Source: Octopus bimaculoides | Taxonomy: Eukaryota | Direction of reading: 5' to 3' | Length of the DNA: 64,000 nucleotides | NCBI RefSeq assembly: GCF_001194135.2 | Contig: NC_068989.1 | Coordinates: forward strand, 93,581,290 to 93,645,289 | In this document: in pieces, positions 12,291-24,537 of the stretch | How positions within the stretch are numbered: the first letter of the stretch is position 1 | How the letters are laid out: every line of letters starts with the position of its first letter | Notes under the pieces: model-generated | Database searches by the model: none | What the model saw: the letters and a program-made list of their open reading frames with translations, nothing else | Told to the model about the DNA's origin: nothing | Program-made: the position numbers and the translations under genes

Positions 12291-12454
12291 GAATCTTCTC
12301 AGAATACATGAACACTTACGAATACAGCTACTATGTGATTGGGATCGGGCCAATTATTTCGGTTCAACCCATTTTAATTCCATTCTTATTTAGCAGACTA
12401 CTAACTAAGCACACACTCACATATTCTGTGAATAATGTCGATAATAAATGCTGA
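12291..12454 (+). CDS. Gene A terminal coding exon (TM12 and C-terminus)
   Basis: Acceptor ttcttcttgtttgcAG; GIFSEYMNTYEYSYYVIGIGPIISVQPILIPFLF...NKC*; phase 1 matches the exon 3 donor; corresponds to the MCT GxLxDxTGxYxxxF segment. Confidence 0.85.
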
Positions 12455-12901
12455 AGGATGGCCAAATTCCAAAGAACGATATTTCAAAACATATAAAAAG
12501 AACTTCCTTCCATAATATGATCCTGGAATATTCACACTTGAAAAATCATGTTCGTAGAAGTTGTTGATAATGAAAATGATAACAATAACATTAATAATAA
12601 TAATAATAATTATGGTAATAATAATACAAACGATCAGCATTAAAAACTTTAATATCTACATCTTCTGTGAATACCTATCCTTTCCTTTCTCTCTGAGTAT
12701 TCGAAAATATAAGCATCCTTCTTATTCTAAGAAGACTACAGTTTTCCATGTTCAGACAAACAAAAGATCATCTTTAGTGAATTTTAAAACTTTAATATCA
12801 ACAATTTTGTGTTGAAATGTTATCTTTCTTTTGTCACTGACTATCCGAATATTTAATTGTGCCATTTATTGTAACAACACAATTAAATGCACGATAAAAG
12901 C

Positions 12902-12907
12902 AATAAA
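12902..12907 (+). promoter_or_regulatory. Candidate polyadenylation signal of gene A
   Basis: AATAAA about 450 nt after the stop; the hexamer is common in AT-rich DNA. Confidence 0.25.
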
Positions 12908-13312
12908 AGCAAGAAAAAAAATCTATGGAGCTAAGAACCTTCCAATACATACCAACTGCACAATTACAAAATACTGTAAACTACTGCAAAACTTATAAAA
13001 AGAAAAGAAAAATTTCAAAGAAAAAAGATTCAGAAATTCAAAAATTCAACGATGTGANNNNNNNNNNNNNNNNNNNNNNNNNNNNNNNNNNNNNNNNATA
13101 TATATATATATAATTATTTTTCTATCAGTTATTAATGTAAGAACATGGTGAATTGGTTCTTTTCAAAGCCAAGATCAACGCTCTCATTAATCGCTAGTAG
13201 TAGCCAAAACATTTCACCGCTGCTGACCCAAGGATGTGAGGCCACTTTTGTGTCCTCATCGCACACGAATGCCCATTCTTTTCAAGTCGAGGCACAAGGC
13301 CCGAAATTTTGT

Positions 13313-14963
13313 GAATAACAGTGGTAATGAAACTGAAGCCCTTGATGGTGACAGTGTTACACCCGGCAGGCTCAGAGATATTGGTCCGACTCCAGCCTGT
13401 CGTTATTCAGCAAGGGACCAGCATACACGGTGTAGATGGAACAAACAAATCAATGCTGTGGTCATGGAGTGTTACTACCTGAGCAACCCCGTAGTCGAAA
13501 ATGGTGCTCATATTAGGGGATACCGACAAGGTATGTGTGATCAATGGAGAGAAAGTGGATTGTTCCAACTCACGGAACAGGGATTATGTGATCAAACTAG
13601 AACAATAAGGAAAAATCGTTGGTTCATAGAAGTAGAGCTCGAAGCTATCAAAAGACGGGTATTGGAAAACAGCAGCAGAGGAAACGATGAAAATACAGTT
13701 CCTACTGATAAAAGTAATCTCATAGCAGAAAACAGAGGTGAAAACTCTATAAAACCACAGGAAAGGAACAGTGACAGCTTGCTCGATGAGAGACATATAA
13801 ATGGTTTGGAAGAAGGTAATAAAACTAATGGTAACATGATAGATAGCGAAAGGCAATCTACGATAGAATAAAGGTAAGGCTACAGGAGAACGATAGCGAC
13901 ATTATTTGTAAACTTGAAAAGGTTGAGCAGTGGAAATTGAAACACGAAACGAAAAATGAGAATGAAATTCTGAAATACATCAACAAAAAAAACCAAAAAA
14001 AAAAAACCTCGAAGAAACAAATAATTTGATCAAGGCAGCAAGAATTGTTGTAGCAGAAAATGTGGTTGTTGATGTCAAGAAAAAGAAATATAATGGGAGT
14101 GACAAAAGAATAGATCCATGGTGGAAAAGAAGAATACAGGCAGGGTAAAATAGGCTCCCGAATGACATTTCTGTGTTAGACCAAAAAGAGAAAGGGGAAC
14201 TTAAAAGCGAATAAAAACACGGGGCACTGTCCAGGAAGTATGATATCAAAAGAAAGGGCCTGAAAGTGGTGATGGATGAACTGAAACAGCACCTCGTTGC
14301 AAAGAAAACAAAGATGGTAAGATACGACCAAAGAATGAAGGGTTAGGGTTAGGGTTAGGGTTAGGGTTAGGGTGTTCAGAGTAGATCAGAGGATATGCTA
14401 TGAAGAAATAAATGGAGAGTGTACAGATGAAAAGTTGATACCAGGTAACAGTTTTGGAGTGGCATCGGGAGCAAAGACGAGGAGCACAAGAAGGATGCTG
14501 AATGGTTACAAAACTGAAGCAAACAGTAGTCTGTCCAAAACAGGCATAAAATGGGCAACTGGAAAGCCCCGGGGCCAGATGGAGTTCAAGGCTACTGGAT
14601 CAAAAGATTTGGTGAGTGTCGTGCACGAATAGAAGCACATCTGAACACCTTGTTAAATGCAGACCAAGTAACACCAGAGTGGTTGACAATAGGTAGGATA
14701 GTGCTGTGTTTGAAAGAAAAATCGTTAATGGCAATACGGTTGACAACTACAGGCCGATATCCTGCTTGCCACTGATGTAGAAATTATTGACTGGATTAAT
14801 TGCAGAGTCAATGTACGGACATCTGGGGAAAAAAAAAGAAAAAAAAAAAAGATTCCTGCCACATGAGAAGAAGGGTTGCAAGCGTAAGTACGGAGGTACC
14901 AAGGATCAACTCCTGGTATACAAAACTTCACTTAGAGACTGCAAGAGGAGGAAAAGTAACTTG
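13313..14963 (+). mobile_element. R4/Dong-like LINE, N-terminal half, ending at the start of RT
   Basis: RWNKQINAVVMECYYLSNP...GYRQGM...EQGLCDQTRTIRKNRW...ELEAIKRR; later NWKAPGPDGVQGYWIK, NYRPISCLPL-like segment and [18 protein letters not shown]...RRKSNL; stops and frameshifts. Confidence 0.9.
14340..14373 (+). repeat. Interstitial telomeric repeat (GGGTTA)5 plus GGGT inside the LINE
   Basis: gggttagggttagggttagggttagggttagggt read directly. Confidence 0.95.
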
Positions 14964-15716
14964 GTTTGTTTAAGTTCCCATAACTGGGCGGTTCGTTAAA
15001 ATAATTACCAGGCTACAAAATAAGTACTGAAGCCGATTTGTTCAACTAAACAGATCAAGGCAAAGCACCAGCATGGTCGCAGTCCAATGACTGAAACAAG
15101 TATTAAAAAGACAAAAGCGAAATAGTCAATAGACATGTCTGTGTGAATATATTTCTTGGAATGGACGTTAAGAAACGCCATGGGAAGAGATCATGTAACG
15201 AAGAGACAGCGTTAAGTGAATGCCTTAAATATTTAAGTTAAGTTAATAAAGGGGAACTACTCTTATTTGAGTCTTATAGAATAACCTCCCTTGAATATTT
15301 CTGCCTATCTTTTAATGTAAAGGAAGAAATTTATTTTAAATATGCATGTGAATGAAATACGCACGCACACACACACACACACACACACACTCGCATTCGC
15401 GCTCGCATACACACATGCACACACACATACATATGCATATACACATACACATACACATACATATGTATATATACATATATATGTGTGTATGTATATATAT
15501 ATATATATCTATATATATATATATATAGTGAGAGAGAGAGAGAGGAAGAGAGAGAGGGAGAGAGAGTGTGTGTGTGTGTGTGTGTAAGAACGAGAGCGAG
15601 AGAGACAGAGACAGACAGTCAGAGACAGAGTCAAAAGAGAGAAAGATAAAGATTGAAAGAGAGAGAGAGAGTGGGAGAGAGAGAGAGAGGGAGAGAGAGA
15701 GAGGGAGAGAGAGAGG

Positions 15717-15766
<50 letters not shown>

Positions 15767-16116
15767 GAGAGAAAGAAAGGGAATGTGTGTGTAAGAGAGC
15801 AAGTCCAATGCCTATGGCGTATAATCATGAGCTACTATTACTTTGATATCATGAAGAAGTCTTGGTTTAAAACATGCGTAGTGCCTCCTAGTAATCTTTG
15901 GGCTCTGGGCACATGGCCTATTCAAGTTAGAAATCCGGATAATGGCAGAAGAAAAATTGCGAGATGAAGGTGGGTTCAAAATGTAGAATGGTGAAAAGAA
16001 ATGAACGAAGAAAAGCCAAAAGATTTATTCATGTGCCCTTTGACCGTTGAGCCGTAAGTCTGGAAGGGGTCTAACGTCTATGACACTGCAGCTCAGTCTG
16101 GAGAGGGCAGTGTTCT

Positions 16117-16570
16117 TCAATAATTTGCGCAATGAAACTTGTTCATATGTTTGGCTTTGATGAAATTTTCAGAGCTGGAATTGAGCAGTGTGGTGGAATT
16201 CTTAGATCTAAACAGGGTTTGCGATCTTTCTGTTACGCAGAACTTGCATTTTTTTTTATCCATTAACATATGGCATGGATTTTTCTACGATTTTCCAGTT
16301 GATTGTATGTAGTTGATCTTCGAATCCCTTATGTGGCTATACAACTTAGTGGCCATTGGCCATAATTTCCTCGTCTCAATGTTGATGCTAAGATCTAAAG
16401 AAGAGAAGGTCGGATGGAGTAATATCTGGAGGTTAGAGTATTTTTCCCAATCGAATTATTCCGGTGTAATTTTAGTGAATTACATTATGTGGAGCCGACC
16501 ATTTTGTTGACGAAGAAGTAACCTCTCTGTAAAATATTCAGACAGGACATTTTCTATCCAAAGATGTCTT
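16117..16570 (-). mobile_element. Penelope-like element, GIY-YIG endonuclease C-terminal region, decayed
   Basis: Across frameshifts: LDRKC..IFYR..V...NYTGI...WEKYSN...ATKLYSHI...TINWKIVEKSMPYVNG..CKFCVTER...LLNSSSE...KHMNKF, the PLE WKI/PY/CxLCxxEK/LLNxRSE/HxNK pattern. Confidence 0.75.
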
Positions 16571-16718
16571 CAAATGATAAATTCGATGACTTTTGATTTC
16601 GAAAGAGATTGTTTTTATCGGTTCTAAACGCTCAACAATGAATAATTTCTTCCATATGAAGTCCCACTCGTGGATGTGATACAGATTTTTGGCGGGATGG
16701 GTCTTAACTTCTGCCAGG

Positions 16719-16840
16719 AACTTATTGTTCAGCCTGGGACTTATTGTTCAGCCTGGGACTTATTGTTCAGCCTGGGACTTATTGTTCAGCCTGGGACTCA
16801 TTGATCAGCCTGGGACTCCTTGATCAGCCTGGGACTCATT
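16719..16840 (+). repeat. 19-bp tandem repeat (cttattgttcagcctggga), about 6 copies
   Basis: Four near-perfect units then two diverged units (ctcattgatcagcctggga, ctccttgatcagcctggga). Confidence 0.95.
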
Positions 16841-17459
16841 TTAGCGTTCCTTAGGCTGGCTGGCCAGCGGTATTGGGGGACAAAGAGAAAGACACACACG
16901 AACAACCACAGCAGCGCAGATGCATGAGATATACTTCAATAGAATTTCCGTCTTCCAAAATTACTCCCAAAGTATAAATCGACTCCTGGCTGCAGTGGAA
17001 GACACTTGCCAAAGATGCCGTACAGCAAGACTGAATAGAAAATGACTGGTTGCAAACGAGAAGTCATTGGCTGAAATTTTGAGGGATGGTCATGGGTATA
17101 GATTAGGCAAAAAAGCTGTTGAAGATATACAAATGATCAATCTTACAGCTAACACTCTCACCTGATCGATGTGATCTGAAAAACTACTGAAGTACAGATT
17201 ATTTAATATGAAAAGGAAAAGATTCGGGCGAGAGCGACTTTGCTTTTCACCCACGGGGGTTCGATGAAATGTGTACTAGGGTCGATGTATTCGATTTACC
17301 TCAATCCCAAGTGAAGTTGCAGGCCTTGTGCCAAAATTGAAAACTAATATGAAAAGGAAAAAAAAAAAAACTAGATATTCTATGGGAGAGAACTCGTATT
17401 GTAACGCTTATGAGGTATCTCCCTTGAAAATCTTGCTCTTGTTAGGACGTTTGAAAGGC

Positions 17460-17515
<56 letters not shown>

Positions 17516-17609
17516 GTCTGTCTGTCTGTCTGTCTCTGTCTGCCTGTCTTTGTCTCTGTCACTGTCTCTCTGTCTCTGTCTCTGTCTATCTGTCTGTCGG
17601 TCTTTCTCG

Positions 17610-17649
<40 letters not shown>

Positions 17650-20052
17650 GAGGAACAGATTTTCTTTAATGCATGTTTTTATTAAATACACGCAATGTTA
17701 AAAGTTTTATCTTCTTATTTTAGACTTTTTATATTTTCTTATTCGTTTTATGCATTTGGTTTTGAACCATAGGTTTCTTCTGTTTATGGTCAATTGTAGT
17801 TCGCTTTTTATTTTCCTCCCATCCTTGAAACAATTACAAGAAAGTATAACGTGTTAAGATAAGCTCCAAACCGGTTTCAACTCCAATTTACGATTTATTG
17901 TAGGCTGAAACAGTTTTTCCTTAATTTTCATCACAAATAACATTAGAAAAGAAAAACACACCGTATTTCTGATTTATTCTACTTTAAAATATAAAGGTTT
18001 CTGTTCTTTTTTTTTTATTATGTAGTTATATTTCTAGTACATACGAAATCAAATATCAAACTACCCCGGTTACACTTGTTCGCCTATTTGTAAATGTCTT
18101 TCCTGGGTTATTTCAAGTCGGTTCTATTATTGTATTCCAAGTCAGCTGAACTCCAGTACCCGCCCTCTTTTCACAATNNNNNNNNNNNNNNNNNNNNNNN
18201 NNNNNNNNNNNNNNNNNNNNNNNNNNNNNNNNNNNNNNNNNNNNNNNNNNNNNNNNNNNNNNNNNNNNNNNNNNNNNNNNNNNNNNNNNNNNNNNNNNNN
18301 NNNNNNNNNNNNNNNNNNNNNNNNNNNNNNNNNNNNNNNNNNNNNNNNNNNNNNNNNNNNNNNNNNNNNNNNNNNNNNNNNNNNNNNNNNNNNNNNNNNN
18401 NNNNNNNNNNNNNNNNNNNNNNTATATATACATACATACATTTATGCGTATATATATATATATATATATACATACACTTACATATATATATACTTACATA
18501 TATATGCACACACATATATATATCTCTTTGAAGATGACCGGATTAGCATCTTTACATTTTATTTTTGCTGGGGCGGTTTATTAAGGCAATAGTGGCGTAT
18601 AATGATTTCTCATTCAAAGTGCTGTACACATTACCACAGCACAATGAACGATTTTGAGTTAGAGGTTACCATGTAAATTCATAGTGCGCGCGGGCGTGGG
18701 TGCTGATTAGACTTAGTCGTGTCAACTGAGGAGAATACGGTCCGCTGAAGAGCTTTGAGAAAATCGAAACTCGTCAGTCTCTTTTATCAGCTTGCTTTAA
18801 AGACCAAAGCCACTGCAATCTTAATTTTGTAGCAAATTTGAACAACTGATCATTTCATTAACATACTTGTAGATTTTTAAGACGCTCTAGAGAAATTGTT
18901 GCCTCGTAATTGCTAGGATAATGTCTTGCGATCGAGGTTTTTCAACTCAGTACATTGCATGCTGGAGACCGTACCCTCGTCTTCAATCCATCTGGCTATT
19001 AATACGATTTCTTGCAAGTATATTCAAAGGCTGTAGCACTGCTAGAGTCACTCTATTTAGTAATAATCTTAATATATAAATACTCTGTTAGAATACGTGA
19101 AACGAAACTTCATAAACCTCGTCATGGCTACCGTAACTTAACAATCAAAGAACTGTCGTGTTCGGGTGTTTACTCAAGGAAACATGCATTAGTAACAGAC
19201 AAAATCACTTGTAGAGACCTAGCTGACTTATGTCATAAAGGTGCGTGGCTCAGCAGTAAAGCTGTTCGGCTTATTAACATGAGGAAATGTGTTCAATATC
19301 CGACAGAGCATAGCGATGTATCCTTGAGCAAAGCACTTAGTTTAAAGTTACTGCAGCGCCCTTATCTGTAAATGGCTGCCAGCCGGGTGCTGGGACTCTC
19401 CTCTCTCGCTCTGGCTTTCACATTTGGGATGTTTCGTTATGTCCAAAGATGTTTAATTGTGCTTTCGACACAAAAGCACATGATAAATAATCCTTTTTAA
19501 TTTTGGCACAAGACCAACAATTTTGAGAGGAGCGGGCAAGTAAGTCGATTAAAAAGACCACAATTCTTAACTTTATCTTCCATCCGAAAGAATGAGAGAT
19601 AAAGTTGTTCTCAGCAGGATTTGAGCTCAGAATCTAAAGAGCCGAAAGAAACGCTGCTGAGCATTTTATCTGACTCGCTAATTATTCTGCCAGTTTACGG
19701 TACTGAAAAAAAAATAACAAATGAAAATAACAAAAATAACAAAAATTAACATAGCAGATGTTACTAAGCTCACGAGCCAGTGTTTGTTGCTTTTCCCTGT
19801 GTTATTTAAATTTTTCTCCGCGATAATATAAGAGGAAGTACAAGAAATTTACGAGGAAGCCATATTCAGTTCACAGAAATAACTTATCTGGTATTAAAAT
19901 GCTGCAACAATTTCAATTGTAGTGTTTAGTATACTTAATGATATGTAAAGTCTATTGTGTTAGAACAATAAAATATTATGCATTTTAATCTTCATAATTT
20001 TCTTTTATTCATGTGATATTTTCGTATGTATGTTTTGTGACTTTTTAAGCCT

Positions 20053-20058
20053 TTTATT
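20053..20058 (-). promoter_or_regulatory. Candidate polyadenylation signal of gene B
   Basis: TTTATT on + (AATAAA on -) about 870 nt after the stop; unverified. Confidence 0.2.
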
Positions 20059-20922
20059 CAGTAAAGAAAATAGTGCTCAATATCCATTACAGAATTTCCA
20101 AGAGTGATGGGAAGAAGGGAAGATGATAGGAATGTATCTCCCAAAGGGTGGTCTGATCTGAATGCTTGTAAAGCAGTCGGTCCCTCTAAAGATTGTCAAA
20201 GTGTCATGTGATGAGTTTAATTCGAGGGACGAATTAAGTTTACTAGTAAGACCGAGTTGAATTTTTGACGTTTTGACGTAGATAACCAGAACAATTTTCT
20301 CAAAATAGCAAGTCTTACGTTCATAAATGTTCGCCATTCCTCTGCCTAGGATTCTTACTTTTGCTATAGTCCCAGAAAGAATGAAAGGCATATTTGAGCT
20401 CTGCCAGGTTTGAGCTCCAAACACAGTGTTAAAACAAATACCGCAATGCATTTTATCCGATGCTCTAACACCGTTAAGAAGGGAAAAGTGACTTTTAGAT
20501 TTTATTCCGTTTGGCGTTTCTTGTTACAACGTTGTCTGTCGGTACTGCAGCGAATTCCTTCAAAGTTTCTGGAGATGATATCTGATGACGCTTTCTTTTT
20601 TCTGATGTGTCAATATACGAAATTTTTGTTGCAAAGTTCCTTCTGAGAAAACAGGCGCTACTTGGCTTAACAAAATCTATAAGAAAAATTTCTGATGTAG
20701 AATTTTCGAAGGAAACCGAAAATTAGACAATAGCTGTTTTCTACCTCGTATATCTGTCACCGTGAATGTAGAAATACATATATTAGGGACAATAATATTT
20801 CCGATTATGTTCGTTTGATTTGGATAAAGTACGTTAGATATGGAAATATGCAGGTACCAGAGGAATGAAGGACAGAGTCGACGTATGGAAGATGGTTTGT
20901 GACTAGAGATATTATTTCAATA

Positions 20923-21167
20923 TTATAGAAAACTTGACACATCAGATATGTTGCTCTCAGCTCTGTATCGACAATCTGCGTCTGGTGATATCTCTAGCGT
21001 TAAGTCATTCAAAGTATAAAGACTTCTCGTTTTGCCTTGACTCATCCGACCCATAGACATCGATATTGATCGGGATGTGGACAGCTTTGAATTCGAACGT
21101 ACCATGACATTTCTCTCGAGCACCACAATTACTATCCCCGTGAAACACGATACTAATGTGGCTATTC
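20923..21167 (-). CDS. SLC16/MCT-like gene B terminal coding exon (second half of TM12 plus tail)
   Basis: Acceptor ttctattttcgattattctAG, phase 1; GIATLVSCFTGIVIVVLERNVMVRSNSK...DVSSFL*; continues the microexon in frame. Confidence 0.75.
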
Positions 21168-21546
21168 CTAGAATAATAGAAAATAGAATAAGCGAAATCA
21201 TATATATCTTAATTAATAAATCAACAATATTTGAAAGTAGTGATGAAAATATATCGAGAAAATGACGCTCAGTTAGTGTGCGTGTGTGTATACACACATA
21301 CACACACATATAAGCATGTAAACATACATACACATATACATACTACTTGACTAGAAAATTTGAATGTCTTCTAAGAACAAAAAGAAAACGCTGAGCTGTC
21401 TTGAACCTTACAAGGGTCTCATTAGATGTGTGTACATCACTTAAGCCACCCCCAAAAAACAAGTAGCCAATCCGTTCATATATACATCGAGTCTAGTCGC
21501 TTCAGGGAATGGAAGATACTAATTTGCATGCTATAAGTTTTTTCTA

Positions 21547-21547
<1 letters not shown>

Positions 21548-21637
<90 letters not shown>
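21548..21637 (+). repeat. (CA)n microsatellite
   Basis: Perfect ca run. Confidence 0.98.
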
Positions 21638-21643
<6 letters not shown>

Positions 21644-22064
21644 TATACATACACGCACACATCTACTTATATACATTCCATCTTTCCAAAGTCGATCATT
21701 ACATTTATTATATATGCACAAAAGTTTTGCTTAAAAAGGTTACAGGCCAGCTTCATAAATTAATCAAATATTTATAACCTAAAATAATTCGTTAATTTTT
21801 CTTTTCTTACCGTTTTGTAAACAGTGCTGTACAGCGATAGACTGAAATAAGGTAACCTTGAAAGAAGTTAACAGTATGGAGGAGGGCCGTACAAAACACT
21901 TTATGAAATGTAGTTCAGTTCCTTTATCTTTCTGCAGAGGTAGTGCACGACTCGTACTTATATAATTCGCACCGAAAGGATGTAAAGAGCCGGAAAACAT
22001 GCCGCTGTGCATTTTGTCCGACAAGTTAACGCTTCTGCCACACACGTACACGTGCGTGCAGGCA

Positions 22065-22110
<46 letters not shown>

Positions 22111-22234
22111 CGCACACGGAATTCTGTCTTAAAAAAGCAAAGTTCAGGTAAAGGGGGAAATTAATAAATTCTCAGAAATGCAGTAAGTGATACGTTTTGA
22201 GGGAAGATTTATTTAAGTAAGATAATATGTATAC

Positions 22235-22285
22235 CTGCCGCCACGAAACTAATCTCTGCATTCCCTGCCGACGTCATCAGCAAAC
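22235..22285 (-). CDS. Gene B 51-nt microexon (loop 11-12 and start of TM12)
   Basis: ttatttaattccAG / gt ttg ctg atg acg tcg gca ggg aat gca gag att agt ttc gtg gcg gca g / GTATAC gives GLLMTSAGNAEISFVAAG; phase 1/1; aligns residue for residue in length with gene A GIFSEYMNTYEYSYYVIG. Confidence 0.8.
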
Positions 22286-22389
22286 CTGGAATTAAATAAT
22301 CAGAAACAGCGGAGCTTTTGTACTTTGATGAATAAAGTGTTTATGAAATAATGAAAACTATAATAAACACATCCCTTAATAATTCTTTC

Positions 22390-23730
22390 AAAATTTGGCA
22401 CAAAGCTAGCAATTTGGAGGGGAGGGTTGAGCGCTTCATTGGGACTTATTTTTCTCGACCCCTAAAGGATGAAAGGTAAAGTCGACCTCGGCGTAATTTG
22501 ATCTCAGAATGTAAAGATGGAAGAAATGTCGCTCAGCATTTTGTCCGGCATGCTAACGATTTTGCCAGATCATCGGCTTCATATATTTTAATAATGATTT
22601 GTTATATAAGAACAAGATTAAAGATTTGTGGAGGGGAACGGGAAGAACAGTCGGTTATATTGAACCAATTACTTCAGAGGTATTTGTCGACCTTTGATGA
22701 AAGAAAACCAAAACTCACTTCAGTAAAATTTGAATTCAGAACGTAAGGAAAGGAGACAAGACATCGCTCGGTTCTGCTCGCGCTTTAATGGTTTCTGACA
22801 ATCCATTCCATTTACAATAATTGTTTCTAGCATAACCATTAGTTTATCAATTTTGAACGGAGGGATTTTGCCGATAGCATTGACCTCAGTAATTAACTGA
22901 CGCCGTCCTTTATGGATCAGGGAAGGATAAAAGATGAAATTGATTTGAAAGACTGAGAACTGGTAGAATCGTTAGTTCGCCGGACAAAATGTTTAGAGCC
23001 ACTTCGTCCGTCTTTATATGATCTGAGTTCAAATTCCGCTGCCCTGGACTTTGCTTTTCATCCTTTCGGGGTTCAAATAAGCACTAGGGTCGGTGTAGTT
23101 GACTTACTACGTTCCCTGAAACTGCTGGCCATGTGCCGAAAGTTGGAACCTGTTTAGATATAAGAGCGGCAATTTTGAAGGGGTTTTGTCGATACCACCG
23201 GCCCCAGAAATTAACTGGGACTTTATTTTATTGACTCTCAAAAGAATGAAAGGAAAAGTTGGCCTCGGCGGGATTTGAAGTTAAGTGGACCTTATATTAA
23301 GGCTTTCTGATTTAGGCATAAGGTCAGCAATTTTAAGAAGAGATTTGTCGATGCGATCGATCCTGGTTCTAACGAGACTGATAGTTACAACAAAAACACC
23401 AATAAATCTTACAGATTCAATAAAGGAGTAATATATGATTTGTGATGTGTAACGTCAATGGAAGAAGAATCTTTAGCAGATATGGTCATGGTGCATATCA
23501 AATGCCACTACAGTGGGCTGCTGGCAGAATCGTTAGCACGTCGGACAAAATGCTTAGCGACATTTCGTCCGCTTTTGTATTATGAGTTCAAATTCCTCCG
23601 AGGTGGACTTGACCTTTCATTCTTTTGGAGTCGATAAAATAAGTACCAGTTATACACTGGGGGTTGAAGTAATCGGCTTACCCACTCCCCGAAATTATGG
23701 ACCTTGTGCCAAAATTTGAAACCAATATTT
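22390..23730. mobile_element. Cluster of about six decayed family 1 SINE copies in both orientations
   Basis: Repeated ctgagttcaaattccgc / gactttgcctttcatcctttcggggtcgata / aggcacaag...aaatttt blocks: - strand about 22390-22570, 22600-22770, 23160-23290; + strand about 22960-23150, 23520-23730. Confidence 0.8.
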
Positions 23731-23751
23731 GTACCACCACAACCACCACGA

Positions 23752-23752
23752 C

Positions 23753-23819
<67 letters not shown>

Positions 23820-23850
23820 GTAATCACCATAATCATCATCATCATCATCC
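23752..23850 (+). repeat. (GAT)n then (CAT)n trinucleotide repeat
   Basis: Source of the spurious poly-His/Met/Ile ORFs in the track. Confidence 0.95.
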
Positions 23851-24493
23851 TCATCGCCTGTAGTAATAGAAACAGCAGAAAATAAGAGTAAACTTCCATC
23901 CCACCCATTAACCACCACCAATAATATTAGGACATTAACAGAAGACTCAGCGGGTTCATAAGCCCAGATAGAAATAGCAGCCAAAATATCCTTTGAAGCA
24001 TAATTTGCCGTTTTAAAAAGAAGGCTATTAGAGAATACATGATCGTGGTTTCCTTGTTCAAAGAAAGAAAAAAAAATTAGGCGAAAGAGTCACGGCAGAA
24101 AAAAAAAAAACTATCGATCATAGGTCTTCTTGATCAGCGTTGACCAGGAGAAAGCCTAAACGAGGAAAGCCACNNNNNNNNNNTCAGGACCACCACCACC
24201 ACCACCACCACCACCACCTCAACAACCATCACAACTGACACCTCCACCACATCCACCACCATGACTAGGAAAGGCAATATTGTTCTAACTTAGAACACAA
24301 ACACCAATAAATCTTACAAATTCAATAAAGACGAGGAAGGAAGGAGGGAAGGAAGGAAGGAAGGAAGGAAGGAAAGAAGGAAGAAAAGAAAACATGTTGA
24401 GAAACAAAACTGGAGAGGAAGAAAAGGGAAACAAAAGAGAAAGAGGAAAGAACGAGAGGGAGAGAGAAAGAAATAGTGAAAGAGAGGGAGGGA

Positions 24494-24537
<44 letters not shown>

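Noticed and set aside
16719-16840. Regular short repeats (also 36670-36734, 41381-41441) as CRISPR-like arrays
   Set aside because: Head-to-tail units with no unique spacers, in a eukaryotic context with no cas genes.
20077-20451. 124-aa - strand ORF downstream of gene B, and a phase-1 acceptor-like site near 20680, as alternative last exons
   Set aside because: No TM12-like hydrophobic segment and no matching donor found; more likely 3'UTR.
21810-21930. Exon-like segment with CG/GTAAG donor on the - strand between the microexon and last exon
   Set aside because: Phases do not fit and the translation does not resemble SLC16; the 22285-22235 microexon fits exactly.
23580-23984. Poly-His/poly-Asp ORF resembling a metal-binding protein (similar at 48744-48971, 50677-50970)
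   Set aside because: Translation of (GAT)n/(CAT)n/(CAC)n microsatellites; no splice or homology support.
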